A DNA stretch of 28,742 bases, from assembly GCA_964447495.1 (NCBI GenBank), contig CAYUTF010000037.1, positions 1 to 28,742 of the forward strand. Direction: 5' to 3'. The notes under the pieces were generated by a model that ran no database searches, was not told the DNA's origin, and saw nothing but the letters and a program-made list of their open reading frames with translations. Shown here one piece after another: positions 9,214 to 19,302 of the stretch. The position numbers and the translations under genes are program-made. Within the stretch, counting starts at the first letter, position 1, and each line of letters opens with the position of its first letter. Source of the stretch: an uncultured archaeon (lineage in GTDB: Archaea > Asgardarchaeota > Lokiarchaeia > Sigyniarchaeales > SOKP01).

Positions 9214-10173
9214 TTACTTATCAATTAGTTTTAATGCAAATATTTTAATTAAACTATGGCGGTGACCTCCATGGGTTAATAGTTGAAGAAGCCATCCGTA
9301 TAATCCTCTGACTTTTTCAAGAGGGATTTCTAATTTGAACTTTTGAAACAAAAAATTTAATTTTTTTATCAGTTTAAATAAAAGGCGATTAAAAAGAAGC
9401 GTTGGATTTCTATTACATAAAGATAGCATAACATTTGAGAACGTTAATGGATTACACCAAAGTTTAATTTTAATTGGAATAAATCCTGCTGTGGTTAGAA
9501 CTCTAAATAAAGATTTAGGTGTAAAAAATTGAAGATGGTCTCCTGGAGTCAACCAATTCCACTTGTTTCCAAATTTTAAAAATTCATAGCTTTCCATATT
9601 TGGACATTGAACGACTAATAAACCACCTGGTTTTATTACATATTTAAGTTTTGAGAGATATTCTACAGGATCTTTCAAATGTTCAAGAACATCCCACATT
9701 GTTGCAACATCAAATAAATTCTTATTCTTTTTATCTTCTAGAAAATTATCCGGTAAGATATTAATCCCAAAGATTTTTTTAGCCTTCTTTAAATTATTTT
9801 TATTGACATCATAACCGTATGGTTCAAAGCCAAAAAACGCAGCTGTATTTAAAAACAACCCGATACTACAACCGATATCTACCAATTTCCCGCCTCCCTT
9901 TACAATTCTACTTATTTCTTTCAATTGGTTTTTATAACGATTGGTAAGTTGATGTTGCATTCGAATTAAGAGTTTGTAATATGACTTCAAATTATAAGTT
10001 GAGAGATTTAATTCTTCAAAAACTGGAATATCTTTTGGATTTAAATTCAGAAATCCTAAACCGCATTTTCCACATCGTAGTATATCTCCAACTTCAGTTT
10101 TAACCCAAACACTAACACCTAAAGACGTTTCTCCACAGTGTGGACAATTCATACGTTCCGTAATACCGATCAC
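9214..10173 (-). CDS. Class I SAM-dependent methyltransferase with N-terminal zinc ribbon
   Basis: CPHC...CGKC, LVDIGCSIG, FDVATMWDVLEHL, KPGG and HLQFF. GTG start. Confidence 0.88.
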   Translation of the reverse strand: MIGITERMNCPHCGETSLGVSVWVKTEVGDILRCGKCGLGFLNLNPKDIPVFEELNLSTYNLKSYYKLLIRMQHQLTNRYKNQLKEISRIVKGGGKLVDIGCSIGLFLNTAAFFGFEPYGYDVNKNNLKKAKKIFGINILPDNFLEDKKNKNLFDVATMWDVLEHLKDPVEYLSKLKYVIKPGGLLVVQCPNMESYEFLKFGNKWNWLTPGDHLQFFTPKSLFRVLTTAGFIPIKIKLWCNPLTFSNVMLSLCNRNPTLLFNRLLFKLIKKLNFLFQKFKLEIPLEKVRGLYGWLLQLLTHGGHRHSLIKIFALKLIDK

Positions 10174-10306
10174 TTTTTTTGCTTAAATTTTTGTAGTGTT
10201 TATTCTATAGAACATGCATTATTATTTAATAAAACTTGTTGATATATAAGCTAGTTTATATATTTTAAAAGAAAGGGAATTTTTCTTTAAACTTAAAGAG
10301 CTATGT

Positions 10307-10873
10307 TTAATTTATTTTTTGATAAATTCTATTTTCTACAATTTGTTTATACCTATTATCTCTTTTAACTAAATTATCTACAATCAATTTAATTTGGGGT
10401 GTATCTATTTGTTCTTTTGTATAGAGCTCAGCAGTATGAGTGAAATTTACTGGAGGATATGGAGAACAAGAGGGACTCTTTGCGATAGTCCAGTTATAAT
10501 CATCAAATTCTATATAGCCATTGATTTCTAATAATTTATCAACTAAATAAAAGCATAATCCATCAATTGTAAGATCATGGGAACCATCTAAATAAACATA
10601 GTCAAACAATTTCTTCTTTGATTTTGATATAAGTTTTATCAAATCCCAATTATAATTTTGCTTTATTACTCCATATATCTTGACTTTAAATTTATTACCA
10701 TATTTATCGATGATTTTTTTAAAAACATTCTCTACTTGAGCCTTAAAATCGAACAAATAAATAGTTGATCCCTTTTCCAAAAATTCACATACTTTTAAGA
10801 CGGTATTTCCTTCGGCTATTCCGATTTCTGCATATTTTTTCGGCATGCATTTGTTAATGAAACTTAACGACAT
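10307..10873 (-). CDS. Class I SAM-dependent methyltransferase (Methyltransf_24-like)
   Basis: AEIGIAEG, FDYVYLDGSH and GYIEFDD. Confidence 0.82.
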   Translation of the reverse strand: MSLSFINKCMPKKYAEIGIAEGNTVLKVCEFLEKGSTIYLFDFKAQVENVFKKIIDKYGNKFKVKIYGVIKQNYNWDLIKLISKSKKKLFDYVYLDGSHDLTIDGLCFYLVDKLLEINGYIEFDDYNWTIAKSPSCSPYPPVNFTHTAELYTKEQIDTPQIKLIVDNLVKRDNRYKQIVENRIYQKIN

Positions 10874-11015
10874 TATATTTAGCTATTAAAAAAAATAAAT
10901 TTAAATATTTGGAAAAAATTTTGCGTTTTAAATTTCAAAATTTAAATTAAAATGAATTAGTGGTTGGTTTGGGATTTTCCCACATATTTACATAATAAAG
11001 CTTCTAATCTTTTAC

Positions 11016-11409
11016 TTAACAAAAGAATAAAATATGAGATAACGTATCATTTGTGAAGAGCATTTCTATGTATTCTAAATCACTTCTCATGAATGTCTTA
11101 AACACAATATTTACCAGAAGAAAAATAATAATGAAAATTAATAAATTTAGTAAATTGAGATGTTTAAAAATAGTCAAATTAGAATTTATCCAGAATTGAT
11201 AACTTAAATCGTCATATATAAAATTTCCTAATATAAACAATTATAGCAATAAAGAAAGCTAGATATTGAAAGATCATTTTATAAAAACCCAAACGAATTT
11301 TTAATAGTTTCGAAGTCAAAATTAATTCACAAATAAGCAGAATTGAATTAACAATTATTATTACGATAATGATACCATAAATTCCGAAATTAATGAGCCC
11401 AAATAAAAT
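11016..11409 (-). pseudogene. 5'-truncated, frameshifted remnant of an oligosaccharide flippase, paralogous to 15612..17258
   Basis: One frame gives ILFGLINFGIYGII...LLICELILTSKLLKIRLGFYKM...FFIA. After a frameshift near 11240 it gives FIYDDLSYQFW...IFKHLN...DLEYIEMLFTND. Both align with the intact flippase C-terminus (FTGLIYFGIYGM...LLITEIGLTIKILKINLEYRKM; IFEHLN; DLDYIEMLFTKD). Confidence 0.88.
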
Positions 11410-11443
11410 GTATCAAAGAAAATTATTATTTCATAAAATAATA

Positions 11444-12280
11444 TTATTTCCTCTTCTTTACAATAATTCCAATACCACCCCAATTTTGATTCCAGTCCTC
11501 AACTAGTTCTTTACTAACAAACTCATTTTTAATTTCATTCCACAACTTATTTACTTCGCAATTTGATTCTGGGGGATGGATTACGATATCGTGGAAAGCT
11601 ATTAAACCATTTTCTTTAACTAAATTACTATATAATCTAAAATCTCTTTTTATTCCGAGATATGTATGATCTCCATCAATGAATAAAAAATCCAGTTTAT
11701 TATTTTTTAAAATTCTTTTTACTTTTTTTAAAGTTGCGGATTTATGAGAATCATTACGAATAAGCGTAATTCTACGAGGTGAGGACGCGAATGCCTTGTA
11801 TATTGGTATCTTCCATTCAGGATACCCTCCCCCATGAGATCCCCCTGGTAAATCAATACTAATTATTTTTGCATTTTCAGATGCAACTTGAGAAAATAAA
11901 AATAATGTCGCTCCAGCATAAGTTCCAATCTCTAAAATATATTTTGGTTTATTTTCTTTTAGTATTTTTAGTAACCCGGCGATTTCACTACGTAATTGGG
12001 AAGGTTTGATAAAAAATTTTTTATTATATAAGGCAAAATCTATGATTTCTTCAAAATTTTCTTTATTTTTAATTGAATTTATAGAATATATAAATTCCCT
12101 TTTATATTCTCTTAAAGAGTATGCTTCCTTTAATAAATTTTGAATAATATTTTTTATTATAAATGTAAATCTACCTTTTAGTAGTCCAGGCAATTCATTT
12201 CTAATATTTTTTATTAGATTACCGTTTTTTAATGAAAAAAACCATTCCTTAATTTTTCTTATAAAGTAATTCATAAACAT
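11444..12280 (-). CDS. Class I SAM-dependent methyltransferase (Methyltransf_24 type, probable sugar O-methyltransferase)
   Basis: ILEIGTYAG, IISIDLPGG, LDFLFIDGDHTY, GLIAFHDI and GGIG. Confidence 0.88.
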   Translation of the reverse strand: MFMNYFIRKIKEWFFSLKNGNLIKNIRNELPGLLKGRFTFIIKNIIQNLLKEAYSLREYKREFIYSINSIKNKENFEEIIDFALYNKKFFIKPSQLRSEIAGLLKILKENKPKYILEIGTYAGATLFLFSQVASENAKIISIDLPGGSHGGGYPEWKIPIYKAFASSPRRITLIRNDSHKSATLKKVKRILKNNKLDFLFIDGDHTYLGIKRDFRLYSNLVKENGLIAFHDIVIHPPESNCEVNKLWNEIKNEFVSKELVEDWNQNWGGIGIIVKKRK

Positions 12281-12470
12281 AATACAATATCATTTAAAAT
12301 AAAAGATCGGATTTAATATGTACCATACCAATAGTGTTCTATATTCCTTAATCATAATTTTGACTCATTGTGTCAGATAAGCTTTTATTGAGATTTATAT
12401 TATCTTAAATCAAAACATTCAATAATCTACATCTTGAACCTTTTTTTCAGAACAATTGAAGTGGATTAAA

Positions 12471-13469
12471 TCAATTCTTCAAATTTAATAATTGGATTTT
12501 ATTTTGCATTTCTTTAATAAAATGATAATCTCTAATAATTATATTTTTACATGATTGATTAGTTCTTCTTTTGAGACCTATTCTAAAACCTTGGAGCAAT
12601 GAATGTAGCTGTAAATATCTTAAATATAAGTCTCTATTTTTTAATATTCCTAGAAACGATCGAAAATTCTTTAATAAAAATCTACAATAAAAAATTAATA
12701 AATCTATATAAGTACCATGTTTCCATACAAAAATTTGCCTGTTTCTATTGAAAAAATATTGTTGGAATATATTTCTATTTAAGTTTCGAGTAATATTATG
12801 ATATACCGTAGTAGTAGGTACATAGTAATTATTAAATCCATTTCTTTTTGCTCTTATATTCCAATCAGTTTCTTCGAAATACATGAAATATATTTCATCC
12901 AATAAACCGATTTTCTCCGTAATACGTTTTCTTAAGAATAATACGGTCCCCGCTGTGTAATCCGTAAGTGATATTTTGTTATACTTTTCATTTTTAGTTT
13001 CCTTTTCCCATATTCCTTTAGGTTTTGCTACATATGAACTTCGAATATTTATCTCACCCCCCCCATAGTACATGTAATTCTTATTTCGATAAATTCTGAT
13101 TTTTGGTGAGATCATTCCAGCATCTTGATTATTTTCCATAAATTCAACCAATTTCTCAATCAAGTCAGGTTCTACAATTGTGTCGTTATTTAACAGACAA
13201 ATGTAATCCCCCGTTGCTATTTTCATACCTTTATTATTTCCACTAGCAAAATATAAATTATACTCGTTTCGGATCAGCAAAATTTTCAAATAATTTTCAA
13301 ATTGATTAAGTTCTTTTTTTAATTTTAAATATAGATTCTTTTTTGAACCATTATCAACGAGAATAACTTCAATATTCTTATAAGTTTGTTGTTGCAGTGA
13401 TTTTAAACATTCAAGAGTATAGTTATATTTATTATAATTCAAGATTATAATTGATACTAATTTTTCCAC
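12471..13469 (-). CDS. Glycosyltransferase family 2 (rhamnosyltransferase-like)
   Basis: VSIIILNYN, VILVDNGS, FASGNN, LLNNDT, GLLDE.YFMYFEETDW and VYH. GTG start with GAGG upstream. Confidence 0.9.
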   Translation of the reverse strand: MEKLVSIIILNYNKYNYTLECLKSLQQQTYKNIEVILVDNGSKKNLYLKLKKELNQFENYLKILLIRNEYNLYFASGNNKGMKIATGDYICLLNNDTIVEPDLIEKLVEFMENNQDAGMISPKIRIYRNKNYMYYGGGEINIRSSYVAKPKGIWEKETKNEKYNKISLTDYTAGTVLFLRKRITEKIGLLDEIYFMYFEETDWNIRAKRNGFNNYYVPTTTVYHNITRNLNRNIFQQYFFNRNRQIFVWKHGTYIDLLIFYCRFLLKNFRSFLGILKNRDLYLRYLQLHSLLQGFRIGLKRRTNQSCKNIIIRDYHFIKEMQNKIQLLNLKN

Positions 13470-13491
13470 GCAGATTTCCTCTTATTGTTTA

Positions 13492-14322
13492 TTATTTTGC
13501 TTTTTCCAAACTAAAAATCAGAAATGTGAAATCTAAATTGAATTTTCTCCATTTTACTACTTTATTTTGGCATTTAAGATCAATTTCAGGACCGAATAAA
13601 ATAAATCCTTGTTTTAAAGCTTTTTCTAATAAATTTTTGACAGAATTTTTATTATATATATAAATAGGATTATTATATGCTAATCCATTAGTTCGGTCTA
13701 ATTCATTTTCCCAGTAATCCATCGAAGTGATCAATAAACCTCCCTTTTTAAGAATTCTATACATCTCTTTAAAATATTTAATTTCATCAACACCATGTTC
13801 GATTACACTAATACAAGTAATTGCATCAAAATAATTATTAGGAAAGGGGGTTTTGGTTAAATTACCAGGAAAAAATTCGATATTTCCTCTTTTAATTCGT
13901 TTATTAAACGTTAAGTTTAAGCAATTTAAATTAGAATACCCTAATTGGTAAAGCCAATGGAGAATTAATGAAGTTTGCTCACCACCGGCATCTAAAATAA
14001 CTGCTGATCTGGCTATATTTTGTGTTATTAGATTTAATGCAATTAATGAATCCCAATTCTTTTCAGGAATATTAGGATGAAGTTTTAAATTAGAATTCTC
14101 AATAATTTTAATTGCAAGCCTTAGCTCATCTTTGGTTTTTAAATTAGTATTAAACCATGGTACTCGAGAAGTGAGATTTAAGTTAAATCTTAATCCTTCA
14201 ACTAATCTGAGATAAATTTTATAAAATAAATTATATCGTAGAAGATATCCCTTTTCAATTTTAATGAGATACTTTTCATAAATAATATTAATTTTTGAGC
14301 GTAAACACTTTAATCTCATCAA
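13492..14322 (-). CDS. Class I SAM-dependent methyltransferase (Methyltransf_11-like)
   Basis: ILDAGG, PFPNNYFDAITCISVIEHG and EMYRILKKGG. Confidence 0.85.
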   Translation of the reverse strand: MMRLKCLRSKINIIYEKYLIKIEKGYLLRYNLFYKIYLRLVEGLRFNLNLTSRVPWFNTNLKTKDELRLAIKIIENSNLKLHPNIPEKNWDSLIALNLITQNIARSAVILDAGGEQTSLILHWLYQLGYSNLNCLNLTFNKRIKRGNIEFFPGNLTKTPFPNNYFDAITCISVIEHGVDEIKYFKEMYRILKKGGLLITSMDYWENELDRTNGLAYNNPIYIYNKNSVKNLLEKALKQGFILFGPEIDLKCQNKVVKWRKFNLDFTFLIFSLEKAK

Positions 14323-14464
14323 AAATTTATATTAATATAATTTTAATAAATTTTTGTATTAGATTGGTCGTAAAATATGCATCAATCTTCTTAAAGAAGA
14401 AATATAAAAATCACTGAAATAAAAAAAATGAACTATATCTCCCAAAATTTATAAATATCGATTA

Positions 14465-14470
14465 GGGTGA
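14465..14470 (+). promoter_or_regulatory. Shine-Dalgarno motif GGGTGA
   Basis: Located 6 nt before the TTG start at 14477. Confidence 0.6.
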
Positions 14471-14476
14471 CAGAAA

Positions 14477-15568
14477 TTGAAAAAAGAGGTTCTAATGATG
14501 CCTTATCCTGAATCGGGGGCTCAATATGTACATAATCTAGCAACCGAGCTTAGAAAAGGGCATTTTGGAGTCAGAAAGCCAATCAGATTCAATAAACTCC
14601 CGTTTCTATTTCCGATTATGCGAAATGTTTTAAAATGTAGAGTTAAACTGCTACATGTTCATTGGATTGAAGGATATTCAGGTTTAAATGCAAAAAATAT
14701 CTTCTTGTGCATTATTAAGTTTTTATTATTCATAATTGATACAATTATGACAAAATTTATATTAAAGACAAAAATCATTTGGACAATCCATAATTTATAT
14801 AGCCATGAAGTCTATTATCCAAAAATTGAGAAATTAAGTAGAAAATATTGTTCTCTTTTGTCGGACGCAATAATCTGTCATTGTAATTATGCAAAAAAGC
14901 TATTTCAAAAAGAATTCGGTGTATTTCAAGATAAATTTTATATTATTAAGATTGGAAATTATCATAACACTTACAAAAATCAAATCTCCCAAGAGAATGC
15001 TCGCCAAAGGTTAAATCTTAAAAAGGATGATTTTGTTTTTCTTATTTTCGGACCATTAAGGCATTATAAAGGAATTTTAAAGTTAATAAACAATTTTAAT
15101 AAATTAAGTACAAATCATCCTACAATATTATTATTAATTGTGGGAAAACCAGAAAACTCATTATTGAAAAAACTTATTGAAAAGGCAGCTATTAATAACC
15201 AAAATATTATTTTAAAATGTGGATTTATCCCTGATGATGAAATTCAATTATTTATGAACTCCTGTGATATATTAGTTTTTTCTTATAATAAAATACTTAC
15301 TTCTGCAGGAATTTTACTAGCTATGAGTTTTCGTAAACCTATTATTGCTCCTAGATTAGGTTGTATTCCAGAGACAATTGACAAAAAAGGTGCATTTCTT
15401 TATAATTCTAAAGATGAAAATGGTTTATATAATGCTTTAGAGAAAGCGATGAAAAATAAAAATAAATTATTAGAAATGGGTAAATATAACTTCGAATTAG
15501 CAAAAAATTTTGAATGGAATGATATTGCTAAACAAAATAGGAAAGTATATGAGAGATTTTTAAACTAA
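14477..15568 (+). CDS. Glycosyltransferase family 4
   Basis: LHVHW, WTIHNL..HE, FGPLRHYKG, TSAGILLAMSFRKPII and FEW. Confidence 0.9.
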   Translation: MKKEVLMMPYPESGAQYVHNLATELRKGHFGVRKPIRFNKLPFLFPIMRNVLKCRVKLLHVHWIEGYSGLNAKNIFLCIIKFLLFIIDTIMTKFILKTKIIWTIHNLYSHEVYYPKIEKLSRKYCSLLSDAIICHCNYAKKLFQKEFGVFQDKFYIIKIGNYHNTYKNQISQENARQRLNLKKDDFVFLIFGPLRHYKGILKLINNFNKLSTNHPTILLLIVGKPENSLLKKLIEKAAINNQNIILKCGFIPDDEIQLFMNSCDILVFSYNKILTSAGILLAMSFRKPIIAPRLGCIPETIDKKGAFLYNSKDENGLYNALEKAMKNKNKLLEMGKYNFELAKNFEWNDIAKQNRKVYERFLN

Positions 15569-15611
15569 TCTTAAACAAGACATAAGGAATTTTTGAAGAA
15601 ATCTTGAACTA

Positions 15612-17258
15612 TTACCTTAAAAACTTTTTAAGAACGTTTATAAGCTTTTTAATAAATTTATGAGTTGTTTTGTCTTTTGTAAATAGCATTTCTATATAAT
15701 CCAAATCTCTTTTGCTAAAACTTTTAAAAATTATATTTAAAACAACAAATATAATTGTAAAAGAAAGGAGATTAAAGATATTGAGATGTTCAAATATCGA
15801 AAGATTAAATAAAGACCATAATTGTTTACTTACTTCATCAAATAGTAAATAATTCAGAGTTATAGTGAGTAAAACCGCAACGAAAAAGGAAAAAAACAAA
15901 GCAACCATTTTCCGATATTCTAAATTAATTTTCAAGATTTTTATTGTCAATCCGATTTCGGTAATTAGAAGTAATATATTAATTAATATTATTGCATAAA
16001 GCATACCATAGATCCCGAAATAAATCAATCCAGTAAAAACAAAAATAACATTGATTGGGAATGAAATCATCGTCAGTTTTGCTAAAAGTTTTATTTTATT
16101 GGTAGTTCTTAATAAAATTCCAAAGAGAGAAGGATAAATGCTAATAACACTAGAAATTTGCATCAACTTGATTATTGAGGCATATTGAACATAAATATCA
16201 CCGTAAACAAAGCTTAGGAAAAATTCAGAGAGAAAGAAGAAAATCCCAGTTAACAACAAAAAGAGATACAAAGAATAATTAAGAATAGTCTTAAACATTC
16301 TCAATATTTTATCATAATCTTCTTTATAATCAAGAGTTGAAAATGAGTAAATTAATGGGCTAGTTATTGAACTTAAAAATAAGTTAGCAATATGAGTGTA
16401 ATTTCTAGAGATATTATAACCCGTGACTATTTCGCTACTTTCAAAACCTCCAATTGCTTGAGTTTGAGTCTCTCTCCATAAATCAGAGATAAGATTTTCA
16501 ATTCTGAAAAAACTTCCATATTTTATAGTTTTTCTAATGACTTTAGTAAAGCTTAAACCATTTTCTCGTTCAGATTCTAATTTAGGTATTTTTAAAATGA
16601 AAATAAAAAATTCAGCGATTAAAGGTAATATCAAAGAGATGACATTAATCAATGCTATTGTTTCAATTGTAATACTTTTAACGATAAAAAAGTAAAATAA
16701 TAATGGTATTAGATTAGAAAAAGCCTTTATTATAAAAAATAATAAATTAGTTTTAAATAAATTAAAGCCAATAAGAAACGCACTAAAATAACTATCCAAA
16801 TTACTTAATATAATAAGTAGAGATAATATGTATAATAATGTAAGATGATCCTTTAGAAAATTAGCAAAATTGGAATTAAATATCCCAAAAATGATCATTG
16901 CTATAGAAAAGATAATTACAATTCCTAAGGTTCTCAAATAAAAGGTCTTTAAAATGAAATATTTAAGTTTAGTTTGTTCATTATTCGCTCTATACCGCGG
17001 AATATAAAAATTCATAGCAAAAATTGTACCGGGTGGTAAAAAATTAACTAATATTGAAAAAATTCCAATAACGGAAGTAGCCAGAATCAGAATACCCCAT
17101 TCATCTCTTGTAATCATTCTCGCAAAAAGATACGATGTTACTAATGAAATAATGAAAGTACCATAACTCAGAAAAATAGAAAATAGAGTATTTTTGACGA
17201 GAGTTTTGTATCGAGAATCTAGCTTTCTGTGGTTTCCTGAAGAATTAGGTTCTTCCAT
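15612..17258 (-). CDS. Oligosaccharide flippase (Wzx/MOP superfamily)
   Basis: Many hydrophobic segments, LVKNT...FARMITRDEWG N-terminus and VTGYNIS. It sits directly downstream of rmlD and has GGAG upstream. Confidence 0.85.
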   Translation of the reverse strand: MEEPNSSGNHRKLDSRYKTLVKNTLFSIFLSYGTFIISLVTSYLFARMITRDEWGILILATSVIGIFSILVNFLPPGTIFAMNFYIPRYRANNEQTKLKYFILKTFYLRTLGIVIIFSIAMIIFGIFNSNFANFLKDHLTLLYILSLLIILSNLDSYFSAFLIGFNLFKTNLLFFIIKAFSNLIPLLFYFFIVKSITIETIALINVISLILPLIAEFFIFILKIPKLESERENGLSFTKVIRKTIKYGSFFRIENLISDLWRETQTQAIGGFESSEIVTGYNISRNYTHIANLFLSSITSPLIYSFSTLDYKEDYDKILRMFKTILNYSLYLFLLLTGIFFFLSEFFLSFVYGDIYVQYASIIKLMQISSVISIYPSLFGILLRTTNKIKLLAKLTMISFPINVIFVFTGLIYFGIYGMLYAIILINILLLITEIGLTIKILKINLEYRKMVALFFSFFVAVLLTITLNYLLFDEVSKQLWSLFNLSIFEHLNIFNLLSFTIIFVVLNIIFKSFSKRDLDYIEMLFTKDKTTHKFIKKLINVLKKFLR

Positions 17259-17338
17259 TATATTTACTCCAGCTGAATTTATTTAATATTAATTATCAAT
17301 TAAAAAAATATAATAAATTTTTAGATTCATTTATGAGA

Positions 17339-18277
17339 TCATTCAATATTTCTAATTTGCTTCATATCTTTTAATCCGTCTTCTAAACTATATACATTTA
17401 ATTCTGAGCCAAGCAACCGTTTTAATTTAGATATATCGAGTCCTGCATTTTCAGGACGTAACGCTTTTTGTTCTATATTATTAATAGGCGTGATCAAGTT
17501 TTTATTGAAATTAAATATTTCTGCACATTTTAATGCCATTTCATATCTACTTAATGCTCCATTGCCAGTTGTATGATATATTCCCTTACTGTTTTTCTCT
17601 ATCATTTTTAGAATAATTTCTGCTAAATTCTTTACATAAGTAGGATTATTTATTTGATTTGTAACGATCCTGAGCTTTTCATTTTTTTGTAATTTGTCTA
17701 ATAACCAAGTAATAAAATTTAATTTATTAGGGTTCCAACCATATAAAACGGCCGTTCTACAGATTAGATAATCAACTTCAGAATTAATTATTGCTTGTTC
17801 AGCATCATATTTTGTTTTTGCATAATGGCTTAGTGGATTTGGTAAATCATTTTCAGAATAATTTCCTTGCTTTTTACCATCAAATACAAAATCAGTAGAC
17901 ATAAAAATTAACTTCGAATTGATTTTCTTACAAGCAGCTAATACATTTTTTGGTCCTTCCGTGTTTATTCTTTTAGCAAGTTCTTTCTCTATTTCATTTT
18001 GATCAACATCTGTCATCGCAGCCGTTAGTATTATGACATCAGGAGAGATTTTTACAATTTTTTTATACGTACTCTTATGATTTGTAATATCAATGAAATG
18101 AAACGGGATTCCTTTCTCAATATTATTATCATAGAGATCTGCAGCAATATAAAAAGAATCTTGATAGAATTTTCCATTTCTACCTCGATTTTGAATGATA
18201 TTTGTACCTAAAAAGCCGTTAGCACCAATAATTAAGATTTTTTTTTGATCTCTATCGATTTTGATATTGTTTTTCAT
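17339..18277 (-). CDS. rmlD: dTDP-4-dehydrorhamnose reductase
   Basis: IIGANGFLG, TAAMTDVD, STDFVFDG, PNPLSHYAKTK and Q.NNPT. Confidence 0.92.
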   Translation of the reverse strand: MKNNIKIDRDQKKILIIGANGFLGTNIIQNRGRNGKFYQDSFYIAADLYDNNIEKGIPFHFIDITNHKSTYKKIVKISPDVIILTAAMTDVDQNEIEKELAKRINTEGPKNVLAACKKINSKLIFMSTDFVFDGKKQGNYSENDLPNPLSHYAKTKYDAEQAIINSEVDYLICRTAVLYGWNPNKLNFITWLLDKLQKNEKLRIVTNQINNPTYVKNLAEIILKMIEKNSKGIYHTTGNGALSRYEMALKCAEIFNFNKNLITPINNIEQKALRPENAGLDISKLKRLLGSELNVYSLEDGLKDMKQIRNIE

Positions 18278-19274
18278 AATACGTAAGATAATCCTTTGTT
18301 TTTACATTGTTTAGCCATTCTTTATTTTTTATATACCAGTTGACTGTTTTTTCTAATCCCGTTTCTAATTTAATCTCTGGTTTCCAATTTAATTCCTTTG
18401 TAATTTTAGAGTGATCGATAGCATATCGCAAATCATGTCCAGGACGATCTTTAACAAACCTCATGAGTGATTCGGGTTTATTTAATATTTTTAATAATTT
18501 CTTAACTAAATCAATATTCGCGATCTCCGAACCTCCTCCTATATTATAAATCTCTCCATCAGTTCCTTCTAATAACACTTTTAATATTGCTTTACAATGA
18601 TCTTCTACGTGTATCCATTCTCTTATGTTTATTCCTTTCCCATATATTGGTAATTCTTTATCCTCCAAAGCATTACTTATCATTAAAGGGATTACTTTTT
18701 CAGGGAATTGATATGGACCATAATTATTCGAGCAGCGAGTAATATTTATAGGAAGATTAAAACTTTTATGATAAGCTCTTATTATAAGATCCGCAGATGC
18801 CTTACTAGCGGAATATGGATTATTAGGAGCTAAATGATTTTTTTCAGTGAAAGGGGGGTCTTCAAAATTTAATGAGCCATAAACTTCATCTGTAGATATT
18901 TGCAAATATTTTTTTATCCTGTTTTTTTTTGCTGAATTTAATAAACTTATTGTTCCTGCAATATTTGTATCACAAAATAAAGTTGGATTATTGAGTGAAC
19001 GGTCTACGTGTGTTTCTGCCGCAAAATTTATTAAGTAATCAATATCTTTTTGTTTAATTACCTTATCAATAGTTTCAAAATCACTAATATCCATTTTATA
19101 AAACTCATATTTACTAGGGAAATTGCTATCAATTCCTTTTAAATTTTCGGGATTTCCAGCATAGGTGAGCTTATCGACATTTATAACTTTAAAATCTTGG
19201 TTTAAATTAAGAATAAATCTTATGAAATTACTCCCTATAAAACCCATCCCACCTGTAACTAATATTGTTGTCAT
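18252..19274 (-). CDS. rmlB: dTDP-glucose 4,6-dehydratase
   Basis: VTGGMGFIGSN, DKLTYAGN, FAAETHVDRS, STDEVYG, PYSASK, RCSNNYGPYQFPEK and DRPGHDLRY. Confidence 0.96.
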   Translation of the reverse strand: MTTILVTGGMGFIGSNFIRFILNLNQDFKVINVDKLTYAGNPENLKGIDSNFPSKYEFYKMDISDFETIDKVIKQKDIDYLINFAAETHVDRSLNNPTLFCDTNIAGTISLLNSAKKNRIKKYLQISTDEVYGSLNFEDPPFTEKNHLAPNNPYSASKASADLIIRAYHKSFNLPINITRCSNNYGPYQFPEKVIPLMISNALEDKELPIYGKGINIREWIHVEDHCKAILKVLLEGTDGEIYNIGGGSEIANIDLVKKLLKILNKPESLMRFVKDRPGHDLRYAIDHSKITKELNWKPEIKLETGLEKTVNWYIKNKEWLNNVKTKDYLTYYEKQYQNR

Positions 19275-19302
19275 ATTACACAAAATCTTTATATTCTTAT
19301 TA

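Noticed and set aside
11016-11240. 74-aa ORF as an independent small membrane protein
   Set aside because: It is the post-frameshift part of the flippase pseudogene.
13451-13663. 70-aa + strand ORF
   Set aside because: Antisense to the GT2/methyltransferase junction, with no recognisable features.
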